Source: Obrimoposthia wandeli
Taxonomy: Eukaryota
NCBI GenBank assembly: GCA_977020255.1
Contig: CDROCS010001432.1
Coordinates: 372,001 to 436,000, forward strand
DNA: 64,000 nucleotides
Direction: 5' to 3'
Shown: piece by piece, positions 24,840 to 40,000 of the stretch
Numbering within the stretch: the first letter of the stretch is position 1
Layout of the letters: every line of letters starts with the position of its first letter
The notes under the pieces: generated by a model
The model's database searches: none
What the model was told of the DNA's origin: nothing
What the model saw: only the letters and a program-made list of their open reading frames with translations
Program-made: the position numbers and the translations under genes

Positions 24840-26444
24840 TGTTTTGTATCATTTGTAGTTTCTAACTGTGCGTTGTGATATTTATCTTGTATTTCTGCAA
24901 TATTTTAAACTGATTTTTATTATTGTTAATATTAGTGTATTGGAGAATAATATAGTGATTACTATTACTAATACTATTATCTCTAGTAGATTTCGTAAAG
25001 TGTTTTACATTTGAAGCATGATTGGTTTGGTCGTCACCATATACTATGTCATATAGTATGTTATATTTAATGTTAACTAGTATTTTAAATCTTATTTTGC
25101 AATAAATGTTCAATATAGTAATGTTTATCCGGTTTCTATTGTTTTCAAACTAAAATTCAATTTAAAATGTCGCATAAATTTATGTTATTTCAATAAAAAT
25201 AACTTTGACATTCCATGAAAACAATTTTGGCTAGTATATAAAAATGCTTTTAATGAAATGTGTTATATGGAATATTCAGTATTTTGCAAGTCACATGCAA
25301 AGTAATGTAGTGAAGAAAATGCTTTTCACAATAATTTATAAATAATTTTAAACACAATTTTCATTTAAAATTTACACTTTATTTATGCAAATTGATTTAA
25401 TTGATGCAAACAAATTGTTTTTCTCTTCTGATGAAAAATATAAGACTCCATTGTGAGATCAACAATTTTACTATCAGATTATAACTTTTACCAGTTCAGA
25501 AAATGGACTGTTATTCTAGTACCAAAAGCTTACAGATAAAAATAATGAAACCATTAAGGACATTATTCATGGAACCTTTAAATTGTTCACGCTGATTTAC
25601 TGCAATTGTTGGTGAGACCAACGTCTTAGTCAGCGTGAATAATATACGTTTAAAATACCTCATCAGAAAATATGTTACATATATGAAACTGTTTCTCAAT
25701 CTCGTTAAAAGAACAAAAGAATAATTCACATACTTTAACAATATATAAACCTTTTCATTTTAATAACTCGGTGCTGTTTTGAATCACATAATGGATTATT
25801 TAAACACAAAATTTCTATATTATATGAAAATCATCGCTGATGACAAAGATTATCATATAGCTTTAGGAGTTGTATACAAATAAAACACCATATTTCGTTT
25901 ATTTGAAGTTTATGATATATATTAGCAATATGATTTTTTATGTAAAAAAGTGCAAACCCTAAAAAATTATTTCTCAATAACTTCTTAGAGGCAACATTGC
26001 ATATTCTTGTGATACATTTTCTGTAAGTGTTTCAGAGGCATTTTAATGGATTCTAGGCTAATTCATAGAAACTGCAATTAATCGCAGTATCTTAATAGTT
26101 GAGATAAAAATTATTAGGTAAAAATTAAATATTTTAAATAAAATCAAAATTCATAATCTTTATCAATATTTGCCAAGTTAGTACAATAGGAAGTCATAAT
26201 AATACGGTATATTGAACAACAGCAAGTGATAAATATGTCTTAATTATAATTGGATTTGTTTGCTGAAGAGAAAACCATTTAAATAATGAAAATGATTAAA
26301 TTTATCATTTGGTACACCTGAGTAAGTGTTTTATTTTAAAAAGAAGCTGTGATGAATAACTTTGCGATGAACTAACCGGGTAAGATTTATAGGGCAATTT
26401 ATAGATTTTGCAACGAAAGTGGGTGGCTTCAAGAAAGGACGGGT

Positions 26445-27385
26445 CTACCGCGACCGGGTCGTAGTAGACTGGTTGTTATACACACTGGTACCGGGATGGT
26501 TTTTGGAGACGTACAAGACTGTCAGGACAACCACAACGATTGTGGCCCCAAGGATACGGCTACGCCACAATTTGGCAGAGTGGATTTCTTTCTGTGAGTC
26601 GTGGTGACCATTCATCCCAGAGTAGCCCGTCTGGTCAGAGGTGGGTGCTGCGTTGGGTCGTCTGCGCATGTGCTGGCTATGTTTGCGCACCAACTCCAGC
26701 GACTGCTGCGCATGGCCGTACATGTAGTGAGAGTGGGAGTAGTGTGCAGACATTGTCCGGTTACGCGGATCGTGTCGGTTCCTGTACAGCATCAGTCATT
26801 CGGCAATTGTGACCAGTAATCAGTGTAAGGTCCTAAGAGAATATATTCAATTGCGCAACTAAATCCCACTGCACTGGTGTTTATTGTGCTCGCCTGAAGA
26901 CCTCCAGTGAAACATTCATGCCCCATTCCAGAACAATTCTAAATCACACAGACACTCACATGATACGAGTATTCTGCAGTCCAATAAGGACAAAAATTAT
27001 CAAATAGGAGGTGATGTAAGCCCTTCTCATGACAGAGCATCGCTAAACAGATGTAGCACCTGGCGAGGCTGCGATGATCCGTACTGTGGTTGTCCTCGTC
27101 AGCGGCTTGTCCGGGCGTGGGGTAGCCCTCGCGCAAGTCGTACTGTCGCCGCCGAGCAGGGTTGCCCAGCACCTCGTAGGCAGCGCTGATGTCCTTGAAC
27201 CGGGCGGCAGAGTCAGTCCCAGGTCTGTCGGGGTGATGCAGCCGCGATTGCTCATAAAAGGCCCTCTTGATTGCTGCCTGGTCATCGCCTACCCGCACGC
27301 CCAGTAACTTGTAGAGACAAGACTCTCGGCTGCCAACACTGTCACTGGTGGAGTAGCATCGACACAGCCGTTGAGATCGCATCAT
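26445..27385 (-). CDS. DnaJ/Hsp40 J-domain protein with C-terminal TM helix (DNAJC30/DNAJC4-like); exons 27385-27060 and 26781-26445
   Basis: LYKLLGV...IKRAFYEQSRLHHPD...FKDISAAYEVLGNPARRRQYD. Phase-2 GT...AG intron joins the frames. Arg/Ser-rich N-terminus (possible mitochondrial presequence) and hydrophobic ILGATIVVVVLTVLYV. Confidence 0.9.
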
Positions 27386-30300
27386 GAGCACTGTGAACAA
27401 GAGGAGGAGCTGAGCAGAAAAAGTCAAATCGCAAGCTGCCAAAAACGAGTGTTATTTTCCGGTGTATTGGATGCCCTGGTTATACAATGTCAATTTTGGC
27501 GCAGTAATAAACCTAACTCAAATAATGTTTTCTGATTATAGACGTAACATTTTTTAACTTGACCCGATTCGAAATTGTTGCATATTCCGTATTAAATCAT
27601 AAATTCATTTCTTGAACTCAAAATTTGCGTTTGTTTAAGTTAACATTTTGGGAGTTAGGATAGACTTCACGTCTTGTCGATAATCCCATATTGTTAAGGC
27701 CCAGGAATTTACACGCACATCTAGCTTAATAATTTAATTTGACATACTTATTTAAATTGGTTAAACTGCTGTAAATGTATTTTAATTAATGTGTAAATTA
27801 CCCAGCAAGGTCATATTCATAAACTTCATGCATAACCCGAATTAGCCTGGCACGGAAACCACGAATAACACACATAGGATTTAGGAGTTCTGACGTCAAT
27901 GTTAATATAATTTTTAGACGATTTGATTCTGTGAACAATCTGTAATCTTTATATACTATTCGAAACTTTTGTAGTATTAAAACTTTCTTTTAAATTGCCG
28001 AATTTTGTGCATTCTGAATTATCCATCTCGACAGTACCCGTATAGGAAGAACCCTATTTTAAACATAATATTTTAACCTTCGGAATCAGATTAGATCCTT
28101 TAGTCAGACATATACATTTATGAACTCACTAGTTCGAGGCTTTCCTACGAAGTGCAATTGCTCTAATCCCAACAATATTGGTGAACTTGATGAAAAATTC
28201 GAAAAATCTCAAGGAGTCATCGTGGTTTCAATCGAGATCCTACGATTCTGGCCAGAATATTCAGAACTATCAGTATCTCGCCGTTCAATGCTCAATACAC
28301 GAAGTTCTCTCACACTGTACCATTTTTTTCTCTGGGCAACAACTAACTATTGTAACTCCTCGTGGATTTGAAAAGAATTGCTGGAGAGTACATAGTTGGA
28401 GCTCTCCTTCAAGAAACTTTCGTGCAGCGTATGATATACCCCATACAGGTGCTGTTAATCACGCAATCTCAGCAGTCCCTGAAAGACTAAGCACATCAAC
28501 ATCTGGGTTGCAGAAATTAGCATTCCAGATAATATCCAAGAACAGTTTAATGCGATGTCTGAGAAATTAGACAAGTGACTTTTGAAAAGTATCTCATCAG
28601 AATAATTTGGTAATAGAATATTGCTCGTTAACAGGGAATTCGGAAAGAAATCCAAACAACGGTATCTACAATGTAAGCTTTCAGGTAACAAAAGTCTCAC
28701 TCCCAACCTACGGCGAGTGCAACTTGATCTTCAAGCCACTCTACGTTCGTCATGAGCCGATTAACAAACCGATGTTTTGTGAATTCCGATGTTGAAGACA
28801 GTATCACCCTCAACCCAAGATCAGACCAGACCCCAACAACCGAGCAATATACACTAGTAAACCACTTGCTGATCAAATTCGAGACAGTTGGAACTCAATC
28901 AGTTGGAATTTTATCAATCTTTCCACCGTTAAGGAACACATACAATCTACAAGCTAGGCTGGATCACAAAGTTTTCCCTTAGAGGAAACTAGTTTACTGC
29001 CGACTCAGAAGACTACAGAAAATGCATGTCTCTAAAAAGAAGTTTGACTATATGTTGACGGCCGCTCTAGTTCGAAGCACTAACAGCATATGAGAATTCA
29101 CTCTTCATATCGTTTCCAAATAGAAGACCCTGCAAGAATAGCACCCAGGTGGAAACTATCGGGCCATGAACATAACGACTCTTAATCTTTACCCAGTAAC
29201 TGCTGCCCATTTTTTCTTAAAATAGGTTATTTTATTCATTTGTTCTAGCCTGACGGTTATCAACTCCGTTTAGAAAAAAGGAAAACAAAGTTTTAAATCC
29301 ACTTTTCATTGAATTTCATGATATAAAGCACATAAATTGCTCTATGATTATATTTACGCCTAATGAAAACAAAATCATTCAACTCGCTAAATTATTCAAT
29401 TACTTTAAAATAGTTAATCAGATAGTTTTTCAATTTATTTGGTAACTCATTCTTAATTATTTAAACCTCTAATGCACTTTTTAATGTAATTCCCAAAAAT
29501 AACAGTTGATATTTTAAATAGCTAAGTTTTTTTAGTCAATTCATTTAAAACATCTATTTAAAAAAACTTACATTGAAAATATTTTGGCATGTTCTTACAC
29601 ACTGCTTTCTCTAAAGCATTTAATTTATTTTCATCATTTTTGAATTAATCAGGTAAGAAATTTTTAATTCTGAAATATGGAAAATAATTTGATTAACTCT
29701 AAAAAATCGTACTACAATTTAAACTACATTTTAGAGACTAATTTTAATGTTAAAAATATATGTAGAAAATGACTTTAGAAATTTTGGATGTAGGTCACAA
29801 CTATTAAAAATATACTAAAAATCATTATTATAAAAATCATTATTATTGTACAATTTGATGAGTAAATATAATAAATAAATAATATTAAGGGCAATAATAT
29901 TAAACAATAATAGAAGCTATATGCACGTTATAATAAGCCATATTAGAATTTGAAGTATAATTGTGAGTTTATCAAATTTTAAGCTTAGTATATGTTTCTG
30001 ATCAATTTTAATATTTTGGAGGAAATTATTGGATAAGGAAATGTCACTTAATTTTATAGTGGAATTTGGTTAATACTACATTGCTTAATATAATATATTG
30101 GATAAAATGGTCAAATTAAAAATAATAAAATATTTCTCTCAATATGATATATTACTTAATGTAATGATTTTTACTAAATAAATATTGTATTTTCAATTGT
30201 TGATATGTTATAGAATTATATTCATTTTAGTTTCAAGAACACAGATTGACACAAAGCAAAAATCAAATTGTACTTGTTTATTTTTGGATAATAAAAACAA

Positions 30301-30399
30301 ATTGTCTTCTTTATTTTTGAAAATTAAATGAAAACATCTTCTTTATTTTTGGGATATTAAGTACTAACGACCTTTTTTGGAGAGGAAAAAATACCTTTA

Positions 30400-31315
30400 A
30401 ATGCGAATTTGTTACTGCCAACATGGTAAGTTTCTCTCTCAGGAAAGCTCCTGCTAGTGCTCAGGGGCATGATCGGATAAAATACTTCGACATCAGGAAA
30501 CAAGACCCAAATTGCAATGAGATAACGTCCTTTTTTAACAAGATACTGTATGGAGAACCTTCAGAACCAAGTTTATTCCAAAAGCCAGAAAAGATTCTTA
30601 TAGCGACATTTCTGCGTGGAGACCAATTGCGACTATGAGTTGCCTTTATAAAGTACTGGCAAGTGTTATTGCTTCTGAACTACGAAACAGGTCATGGAAA
30701 GAAAGATTTCTACATCCATCTCAAAAGAGCATTTTGCAGGTTTGAGGGCTGTTTTGAGCACAATGCAGTACTCAATCTTGTCGCCAATGAGTGTCTCTGA
30801 AACAAAAGATCCTGTCATGTTGCATTCCTGGATATCACTGACGCTTTTGGGTCAGTTCCCATAGACTTCATCGTGGGAATGATGTTGAAAGTTATCATTT
30901 CTGAGAATATATGTAATATACAGTATCTACGAGGAGAACAAAACCGACATATAATGTGGAGAAACTAAGATTGTTGTCCATTGTCCATGATTATATTTAA
31001 TCTCTGTATTATTCCCGTCATTGAGGTAGTGAACAATGCTGGGTTCAAACTTGGTTCTACACATTTTGCTACCCTAGCATATGCAGATGATCTTGCCTTT
31101 CTCGCTGAGAACAAATCTGTACTGAAGACGATGGTGGATACTGCAGCCAGGATTCAATTGAGATTCAGACCTAGCAAATGTTGAATACTCAGAATTCCCT
31201 TCAGGGGCAGAAATAATAGAGATGTAAAGAAATAAATCAAGGAGATCTTACTCGACGGAGACCCTATACCTGCAGTAACTACAGATAGTACCTACAGATA
31301 CCGAGGTATGAACAG
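30400..31315 (+). mobile_element. Decayed NeSL/Utopia-type non-LTR retrotransposon RT fragment
   Basis: EGCFEHNAVL, AFLDITDAFGSVP, TLAYADDLA, LRFRPSKC and TYRYRG; colinear with the RT at 45.6-47.0 kb but diverged. Confidence 0.85.
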
Positions 31316-31900
31316 GAATGCATTTGAATTGTATCGTCTGGCTTCTTCACAATGACCAATTGTGAGTTCCAAGTACTTTAAGAACGCCTAATTACGTTTA
31401 CTTTGAGTAAATATTCAATCATTTCATCAACTTAGTTTTCTAAATGTATCGGAAGTCGTATAGAATTTTGACAAATTGGATCGGAAATAGTCTCAATCTA
31501 ATGAATGAAAATTTTGATATATCCTAGATCAAATTTAAAACACAAATATTTTCTCAAATTCCTCTATATAATGTCCTAGAATTGAGTCTCTATCGCATTT
31601 TAAAGAATTACATATTTTATATGTTCTTTCATTAGAGGAAATTGTTTTCATCATGCAAGACGAGTCCAAATTACATACTTCCTTCATCTTTATCCCAAAT
31701 GTTTTCAATGAATCGATTCCATCAATAAAATCTGGTTTAATTTCTTCTACAACGATTATTTCCAAAACATTCTCCTTTCCATTCCACAACACTTTAGTAT
31801 TAAACCTACTTAAATAGTGTTGTTAACTACTCAAAAAACTCCACTCCGATATAAAAGACTCTTTCATTTTGTTACATCCTACTTTCTTCCATCAATCCTA
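31315..31900 (-). mobile_element. Decayed Ty3/Gypsy protease end and RT start
   Basis: EIIVVEEIKPDFIDGIDSLKTFGI, then DLGYIK..H.IET..DPICQNSIRLP...VDEMIEYLLKVNVIRRS.STWNSQLVIVKKPD. Confidence 0.8.
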
Positions 31901-34039
31901 ACTCATTACAGCAACTATTGCTCTGGGGTCTCACAGCCTTTCAACATCAACATAATTAATCATCATTATAGTCCATTTACGACTATCATTTTTCATATAC
32001 ATCTTTTCATTTCGCTTTGGTTCTATATGCTCGATCCCACTGAAGAAATGTGAACAATGGGATCGCTCCCGTTTTCTTTATTAACATCATGTATTGCCTG
32101 TTGTAACTATTGCAATCATCTATATATTCATTATTTACTCAACCTTTTCTGTTACACAAAATACTCCTGAAGTTCTGTGGGTTTTTAAAAAAATACCAGA
32201 TGTTAAGGTTGTGACCTTTTCTGCAAATCAAACATTTGTGATTGAGAGGTTATTGGATTCAGAAATTACCTTTTTCATCATAACAAAAACATGCTTCTGA
32301 TTGTAGTTCTTCACTTTTTGTGACCGACAGTAATATTTTATTTTAGTTATTTGTTTCAAGAAAAACATCAGGATTAGTCTCCTATTAATTTTGTTGTGTG
32401 TGTCTCTATTTATGTATCTCTTTTCTTCATTAACATATCTTCTTTCTTCATGAAAAATTATTTATCCCAAGTGACTACACCTGGGTCGTCAAGTATATAT
32501 CTTCTCCAGTTTTCCTCTCTTTCTACAAGTTCAGTAGCACTGCTATCAGATTTTCCAGTCTCCCTGAACTATCTAAGCGATTTAGACAGAGATCTCCCTA
32601 CATATTGTCGCAACGGTGGCAACATGTGTTTCCCTCTCTCGCTTCCAAACTGGTTGGTATTTGCGTGACCAGTCTAGCGTGCTGCCATATATGTCTTCCT
32701 TCATGAACAGCTGCCAGTCTCGCTCCCTAAAAGTAACCAATTGTCACTATCTATCTCTTTACCCACTGTATACCGCTGCTACTTCCTCTCATACCCCTCT
32801 CTCCCAACAATCTCTGCGCAAAAATTCCTTCTCTCACACACACACACTCTGATTTTTCACCCTCGCACTTTTACATTGGGTGTATCTGGTTCTGCTGTTG
32901 AAAAGTCTGCAAATGCAAATCTGACTGATATGTTGGTAGCGAATCAGTTACATAAATTCTGACCACAGATTAAAAAACAGCACAATTAAGTTTAGACACA
33001 AGAATCATAAACTGAAAAATTAAATACTTCAAAAACAAAAAAAGTTGGATGATAATTTCTACGAATGAAAAAGACAACTACAAATTTTATTTTGATTAAC
33101 AATAAATGTTTGTTTGAAAATAATTTTTATTTTACCAATAATTGAAGATTTAATATTTTTACATCAACATGATACCTAAAACAAAATTTACAAACTCACC
33201 TTTTTTATATGTATATTTATCACGACAGTTCAAATACACATTTAATACTCACATATTACATTACTATTCTTATTTCAAAAGTTTACGTTATGCATGATAC
33301 AATGTGATGCAAAATTATAATAAAAATAAATTTCACGGTACCTAAATAAAAAAAATGAAAAGACTGTATTTTCAGTCGAATCAACTAAATCAATCATAAT
33401 AATAACACATGTTCAAAAGCCTCAAAAGGTGTAATTAGTATATGAATTTTGAGAGCGATGGACTAGGGTTAATATGTAATTTTAAATAGGTAAAATATAA
33501 AATTTATTATAACTTATAAAATTGATTAGTTTAATATTCAGAGGCTTAGTTGAGAGTATTCCTTTTCTAATCTTAAAAAAATATTAAAATAGGCTTTTTT
33601 CATACATTTAATGTATTTATAATAGCCAAATTAGTAATTTTCTATTAATGACACGAAATGTGACAAAGAATTTTTTTAACAATAATAAAATACTTTAATA
33701 AGTTATATTAATAAATTAAATACATTTTATTGTTTACATAATATTTCTGAAAATGATTCAGTTGCAAATTTGAATATTTAATATGGTTAAAATTTTAACC
33801 AAAACAATAAATGTTCGTATATAGATTGTATTAATTAATTAACTTTCATTTGTTTATATACATTCATAATGAAAATTATATAAATTAGTATAATTTGAAA
33901 TTTACACATACACATCCAATTATGTCTGACTTAGATAATCTGTTAGACTCTGCAGTTGAATCAAACGAAGACTTCTTACGAGAGTTAGATTTTTCTATTA
34001 CATAATTTAATTCTAACTGTAATTAAAGTTTACAAACAG

Positions 34040-37000
34040 AGTTACTCGATGAGAACGGCCTAAGTCGGTCTCTATCTGACGTTAAGATCAGTGACATGAT
34101 GAACATGTTACCCAAACGTCAGACCGATGATACTAACGGATGGGAGTTTTCACAGATTGATCCGTTCTACAAGCCTAAGGCGTTCTGTGGTCCGAGTGAG
34201 ATCAACTTCGACGGAATGGACATAATGGAGATGGATCCCGGCTGCCGATCGGAGTCACGCGTGCTTGTGCTCTACACTGGAGGCACCATCGGCATGCGCA
34301 TGAAGAACGGATCCTATGAGCCAGAGAGCAACTATCTGTGTCGAGCACTCAGGAAGCTACCGATGTTTCATGACCCAAATTTGAAGTGAGTATGGATAAA
34401 TATTTATTGTGGATTTAATAACTATCCGTATTACACGTTTCAAACTCAACAAAGAACGTCTGGGACTGAATGGTGCCGGTCATTTCCTCCGTTTATCACG
34501 AAGATAAGCCTCAATGAATTCATTATTAAAACGTCTAAATCAGCGTTTCTTAACCTTTTAATGCCGTTTATCCCTTTTTTAGGATTCATTTAAAAGATTC
34601 GTCAATTATTATTAGTAGTTGAAGTTCAATTCATCTAATTTGCACATATATGGCTGTGTACCAAATATGGGATTTTCATTGCTGGGAGACCCGAAAAACG
34701 AAACTGAAATCATAGGATAATTGATCACGAGGATCACAAATCACCATGGATCAGATACCAAAGCAGCTCTAAACTCCCACTTGGCCAATCCATTTGCAAT
34801 AACTTGAAGTTTTGTGCTATGCCTTGTGGATTGGAGTCACCCTAATCTAATAGTAGAAATTTCTGCACCCCATTCTCTAAAATTCATCCCTAAGGGCGTG
34901 TGCCCCCGGTTAAGAATCACTGGTATGGATCAAAGAGTAATAAACAAAATATTGAAATCGATAATTTATAAATATAATATTAATACTATACTAATAATGT
35001 TTGCATACGGTCGTACGCAGATGTGAGGCACTGTCACAGTTCAACAACCTGTTCATCATGCCTCGGTCTCGTGAAGGCAGACGCGTGGTGTACGTGGTGA
35101 ATGAGTACGATCCCATTCTTGACTCCTCCGACATCACCATGGACGACTACGTCCACGTGGCTAAGGACATCGAGAGCCAGTACGACTTCTACGACGGCTT
35201 CGTGATTCTACACGGGACTGACACTCTCTCCTACACTGCCTCTGCACTCTCATTCATCCTGGAGAATCTCAGTAAGCCCGTCATCGTAACTGGCTCCCAG
35301 ATCCCCGTCTTTGAGATCCGTAGTGACGGCCGGGAGAACCTACTCACATCGCTGATGCTGGCTGGTCACTACCAGATCCCGGAGGTCACTGTCTTCTTTC
35401 ACGAAAAGGTATGTAGTCTAAACCAAAATTGCTCACATTAGTAATACTATAGTATCAGAATGGTCTACAGATGGAGTTAAATTGATAAAATTTTGATAAA
35501 ATATTTCTTATCACGAAGCTTTAATCTATCTACTCTTTCTGTACATGATGAAACAATTTGTTGAAAAAATGATTAAACAAATTACTTTTATTGACTTCAT
35601 AAAAATATTTTTGTAATGCAAATAAATTATTACTGACACTACAGTAGGTGGATGTGTCCAGTCTAATCCACACCCCCTCCCCCACTGTCCTTTAAAACCG
35701 TGCATGTGTTTGGAGTGAAATTTTGTGTGTAGGGGAAAAATTGAAAAGTCATCGAATAGGAAGGAAGGGGAGGGGTCCACTCCCCCCATTATTTTTTATT
35801 TTACTTAGAAATTTATCTCAAAAGTTGTTAGAGAAGACCACGGGAATCCATATTGAACCCGGCGGCTTATCGCAGAAGAGATTTCAAATATATTACTACT
35901 ATTTTTAAGAAAGATTACTACATGTTAAATATTTAGGTCAGATTTATAAGAGAAAAATAGATCTATATAATTTAGAGGAGAAAAAACAAAATACGAGTCA
36001 AAATTATTTTTTCAAACATTTATTAAACATAAAACAACATATTGGCTTCACTCAAAGTCCAGATAGGCTGTATTTTCCCATCATCAGCAAAATATCCATT
36101 GAGACGTATTGAGATATTCCATAGTTCTTCATCTAGAATTGGAGCAATCAAAGATCCTAGATCATATTTAAAATCCAGACTGGGATCAGTTTCAAGCTCG
36201 AAACAATTTCCTTAATATACATAATCAGGAATGTAAATCCCCAAAATATTTTTCAATTGCTCAATATCAGATGTTGTTAAAATTTCGATGAGATTTTTAT
36301 TCTCCACTTTTGATATTTTCACAGGATTCATAACTCGTATAATTTGATGCCTATTTAATATATTACATAGTTTTTCTTTTGAAATTCTTTCTGGATAATA
36401 CAAATTTCCTACATATCACAGAAGAGGATCTATTCTAAAATAAAGAAATGGATTAAAAACAATGTTTATAAAAAATACATAAAATATACAAATATTATGA
36501 AAATAAATAAAACTGATTACAATTTATGACATGCAAAATGAAAGAAACATGGTAAAAGAAATAGGGATAAAAATAGAGAAATGAGTACGTTCAATTTTCC
36601 ACATAGGCAACTTTGTTCCAATTTCATCTTTCTTGTAACCATAAAGTCGAATTGTTACAGTCCATTGCTTCTTTTTCGGAAACGCATCAACATATATTTC
36701 TCTTCCATAGTCATCTAGAAATGCTGCATCGGCTCCTCGGATATAAAATTCGTTCTTATTGAAAGTAAAATTTGGAATTGCCTTTTCAACTTTTTGTTTA
36801 AGATATCGAAAATCTGGTTTTTGAATATTTGATAGATAATAGCTGAACCTTTTTCTTTCAATTGTCACAGGATTTACTAAAGCAATCAGTTGAGGATTCT
36901 TCAAGAATCTGACTTTGTATTTGAAATATTGTTTCACTTCTTCGAATCACTGCAATACAATCAATCACGATTTCGGCTAATCTTGAGAAACATATAAATC

Positions 37001-40000
37001 TTTTTAAAACTGCAGAGAAAACGAAAGAAGAATGCATGTTTGAACCATGCATTTTTCCTGCTATCAGTTATTTGAAGTTTAAACCGCTATGTGTAAATAT
37101 ATTTTCCAGTGGTAAAGTTATGATATTGGGATTGAAAATTTTTGATTATCCAGACATTGTTGATTTTATTTTAGAAAATATATCTTATTACATCTTGTTA
37201 TCTTTTCTATAAAAAAAAACCGTTTAAACTTATTGTTTCAAATGAATAATATTATAAATAGAGACAATGAAGTGGATCGTCTTTCCGACGAAATATTTTC
37301 TGGAAAAATTAAGGGTAAAGAAATTTTATCAGAATTAAAAAATAATGATATAACAAGAACAAACATTGAAATATTGGTTATATCACACGTTATTCGAGAA
37401 TTTAGAAATAGTACACAAATAAATAAAATTATAGCCAAATATTCATTAATTAATTTTTGTATTTCATCTACAATAGCTCTAACATTGTACATTTCAATAA
37501 GGAAACTTCTATGATAATATAAACAATATTAAAAAAATGAAAGAGTATATGCAATGGAGCTAAATAATAATGCTGTATTTCAAATAGTTGACCCAAGTGG
37601 AACTGGAAAGACACATTTCGTCTGTAAATTGTTGCAAAATGAATCTCTTTTCAAATCTAGTTTCAAAAATATTTATTGGCATCATGGTGGAGGAGGGGAA
37701 AGCGGGTTAACCAAAACAGAAGTTTGCAAGTTAAAGGATATAAAATTTATTGAAGGATTTGATACAAATTGGTGTGAAAGATTGAAAAAAGAAGATGTAA
37801 TAATAATTGATGATTTGTATCAGGAAGCTAACAAGGAATCGGACTTTAATAATTTATTTACAAAGATTGCAAGACATCGTGAAGTAACAGTTATATTTAT
37901 CACCCAAAATGTTTTTCACCAAGGAGGTCACCATAGAACAAGAAATCTTAATGTACATTACTTAGTTTTATTTACAAATCCTAGAGATCAAACAGTTGTA
38001 GATTTTGTGGCCAGACAGGAATTTCCCCAAAATAAGAACTTTCTAGTTGATTCATTCCACGATGCTGCTAAACAAGCTCATGGGTATATATTTATTGACT
38101 TTAGATAAGCTTGCCCAGATGATTTACGTGTTTTAACAGACATATTTAATTCTAAGGGAGTAACTGTTTATAAACAAATAGAGAACAATTATAAAAGATA
38201 AATTTACAATGCCTTTTATGAAGTTGATACTAAAACGTAAAGCAAAGCCTAAGAAATCAATAAAAGAATCATTAAGAAAAAAGAAGTGAAAAAATTAATC
38301 AAATCTGTAGTTAGAAATAAGACAAAACTTAAATGGCTTAAATAAACAATATTTAAATTGAGGCTATTTTATTAAAATGAAGAAAATACAAAGAAGCATA
38401 CCCTATTTTAAAGCTTTAGTCAAAGCCTCTTCTCATAAGATAATGATTATTCTTAAAGCATTTCCATCTTTTGTTGTAGATGATTTATTGGAAGTTTTGT
38501 ATAATATAGTTTTGGGTCGAGTAAAAGTTGGAAATCGGAAATATATATTAATGAAATATAGAAAAACTCTTCTAGATATTGCTAATGTAAAAAGTAAAAA
38601 AAAGAAACGAAATATTATTCTTAAACATAATGGTTGTTTCATAGGGTCTGTTATACCGGTTGTTGATTCAATTATCAGTAGTATTATAGCTGTGACACGA
38701 TCACAAACAATTATTTATAAAATCAGCTAAAGATATGGGTGCTAACCCTTCTTTACCTAAATTTAAATTATCTTTCTATTCAAATTGTCGTAATGGAGAA
38801 GATATGGTTCAACCCAAAAGATCCAATTGGCTACACAGGAGTTTCAAAATTAGCAAAAAGAACAAAACGAAATTACAAGAAAACGTAGAAATGGCTGAGC
38901 GACCAGTTAGCCTACAGTCTGAACAAGCCGATGAGAAGAAGGTTTCCAACTAGAGCTTACAAAACCAGCGGCCCTAATAATTTATGGCAAATGGATTTGA
39001 TGGAGATGATCCCATATTCTTCCATTAATAAGGGATATCGATATATTTTAACATGTCTTGATGTATTTAGCAGGTTTGCATGTGCAATTCCAGTTAAAGT
39101 AAAGTCTTCAATAGCTATGCTTGAAGACATTAAAGAAATATTAAAAGAGGACATTCCACAAAATGTGCAAACTGATTTAGGAAAATAATTTTATAATAAG
39201 CAAGTTCAATCATTATTTAAACAAAATAATATAAATCACTACTCTGTGTTTTCACAGTACAAAGCAGCAGTAGTAGAAAGATTTAATCGTACTTTAAGAG
39301 ATCGAATAAAAAAGTATTTCACAAAAGAAGGAAATAAAAAATGGATCCAAGTTTTACCTAAAATAATACATGCATATAATCACTCGGAACATAGAGGTCT
39401 CAAGGGAATGAGACCTGTTGATGTTACTAATAAAAATTCTATGGATATTTGGATGGACAGGAATAAAAAAGAAACTATTAAAAAAACTAAATATAAGAAA
39501 AACGAATATGTCCGAATTTCGAAAATTAGCTCTACTCCATTTATTAAAAAATTTAATTAGAATTGGAGCGATGAAATATTTTGTATAAGTAAAATTGATC
39601 AAAAGAGTAATCCAATAATGTATACTATTAAAGACGTTGACAATAATATCGTTCACGGTAAATTTTACGAGCAAGAACTACAAGTAATATCAAATAAACC
39701 TAGCGTTTTCCGTATTCAAAAAATATTAAAATCTAAGGGTGCCGGTAAACATAAACAATATTTTGTTAAATGGCATGGTTATTGAGATCCAACTTGGATA
39801 TAATATAATATGAAGTCTATGTATATAGTTTTACCTAGTAACGGATGTCCGATGACTCAACCAGATAATTACGCTAGTGGCTTTATTATCGATTGGGAAA
39901 ATCTTATAAATCTCCAAGGAGAATGGGAAGCGGCTTTAACAGAATTTTCCTTTTATTATTCTCCAATTACTATCAGAAAATTCACATATTTCGTTTACAA

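Noticed and set aside
26419-27307. Plus-strand ORFs overlapping the DnaJ gene, and similar antisense ORFs over ASPG, RT and MCP
   Set aside because: Shadow frames of GC-rich or coding sequence on the opposite strand.
28000-29170. Possible decayed transposase (weak hAT-like FW..EYSELS / ATTNYC resemblance)
   Set aside because: The resemblance is too weak, the motif order is unconvincing and no TIRs were found; left unassigned.
32606-32875. Candidate LTR (TG...CA) for the Gypsy fragment at 31.3-31.9 kb
   Set aside because: No second copy in the window, and no clear PBS, PPT or TSD.
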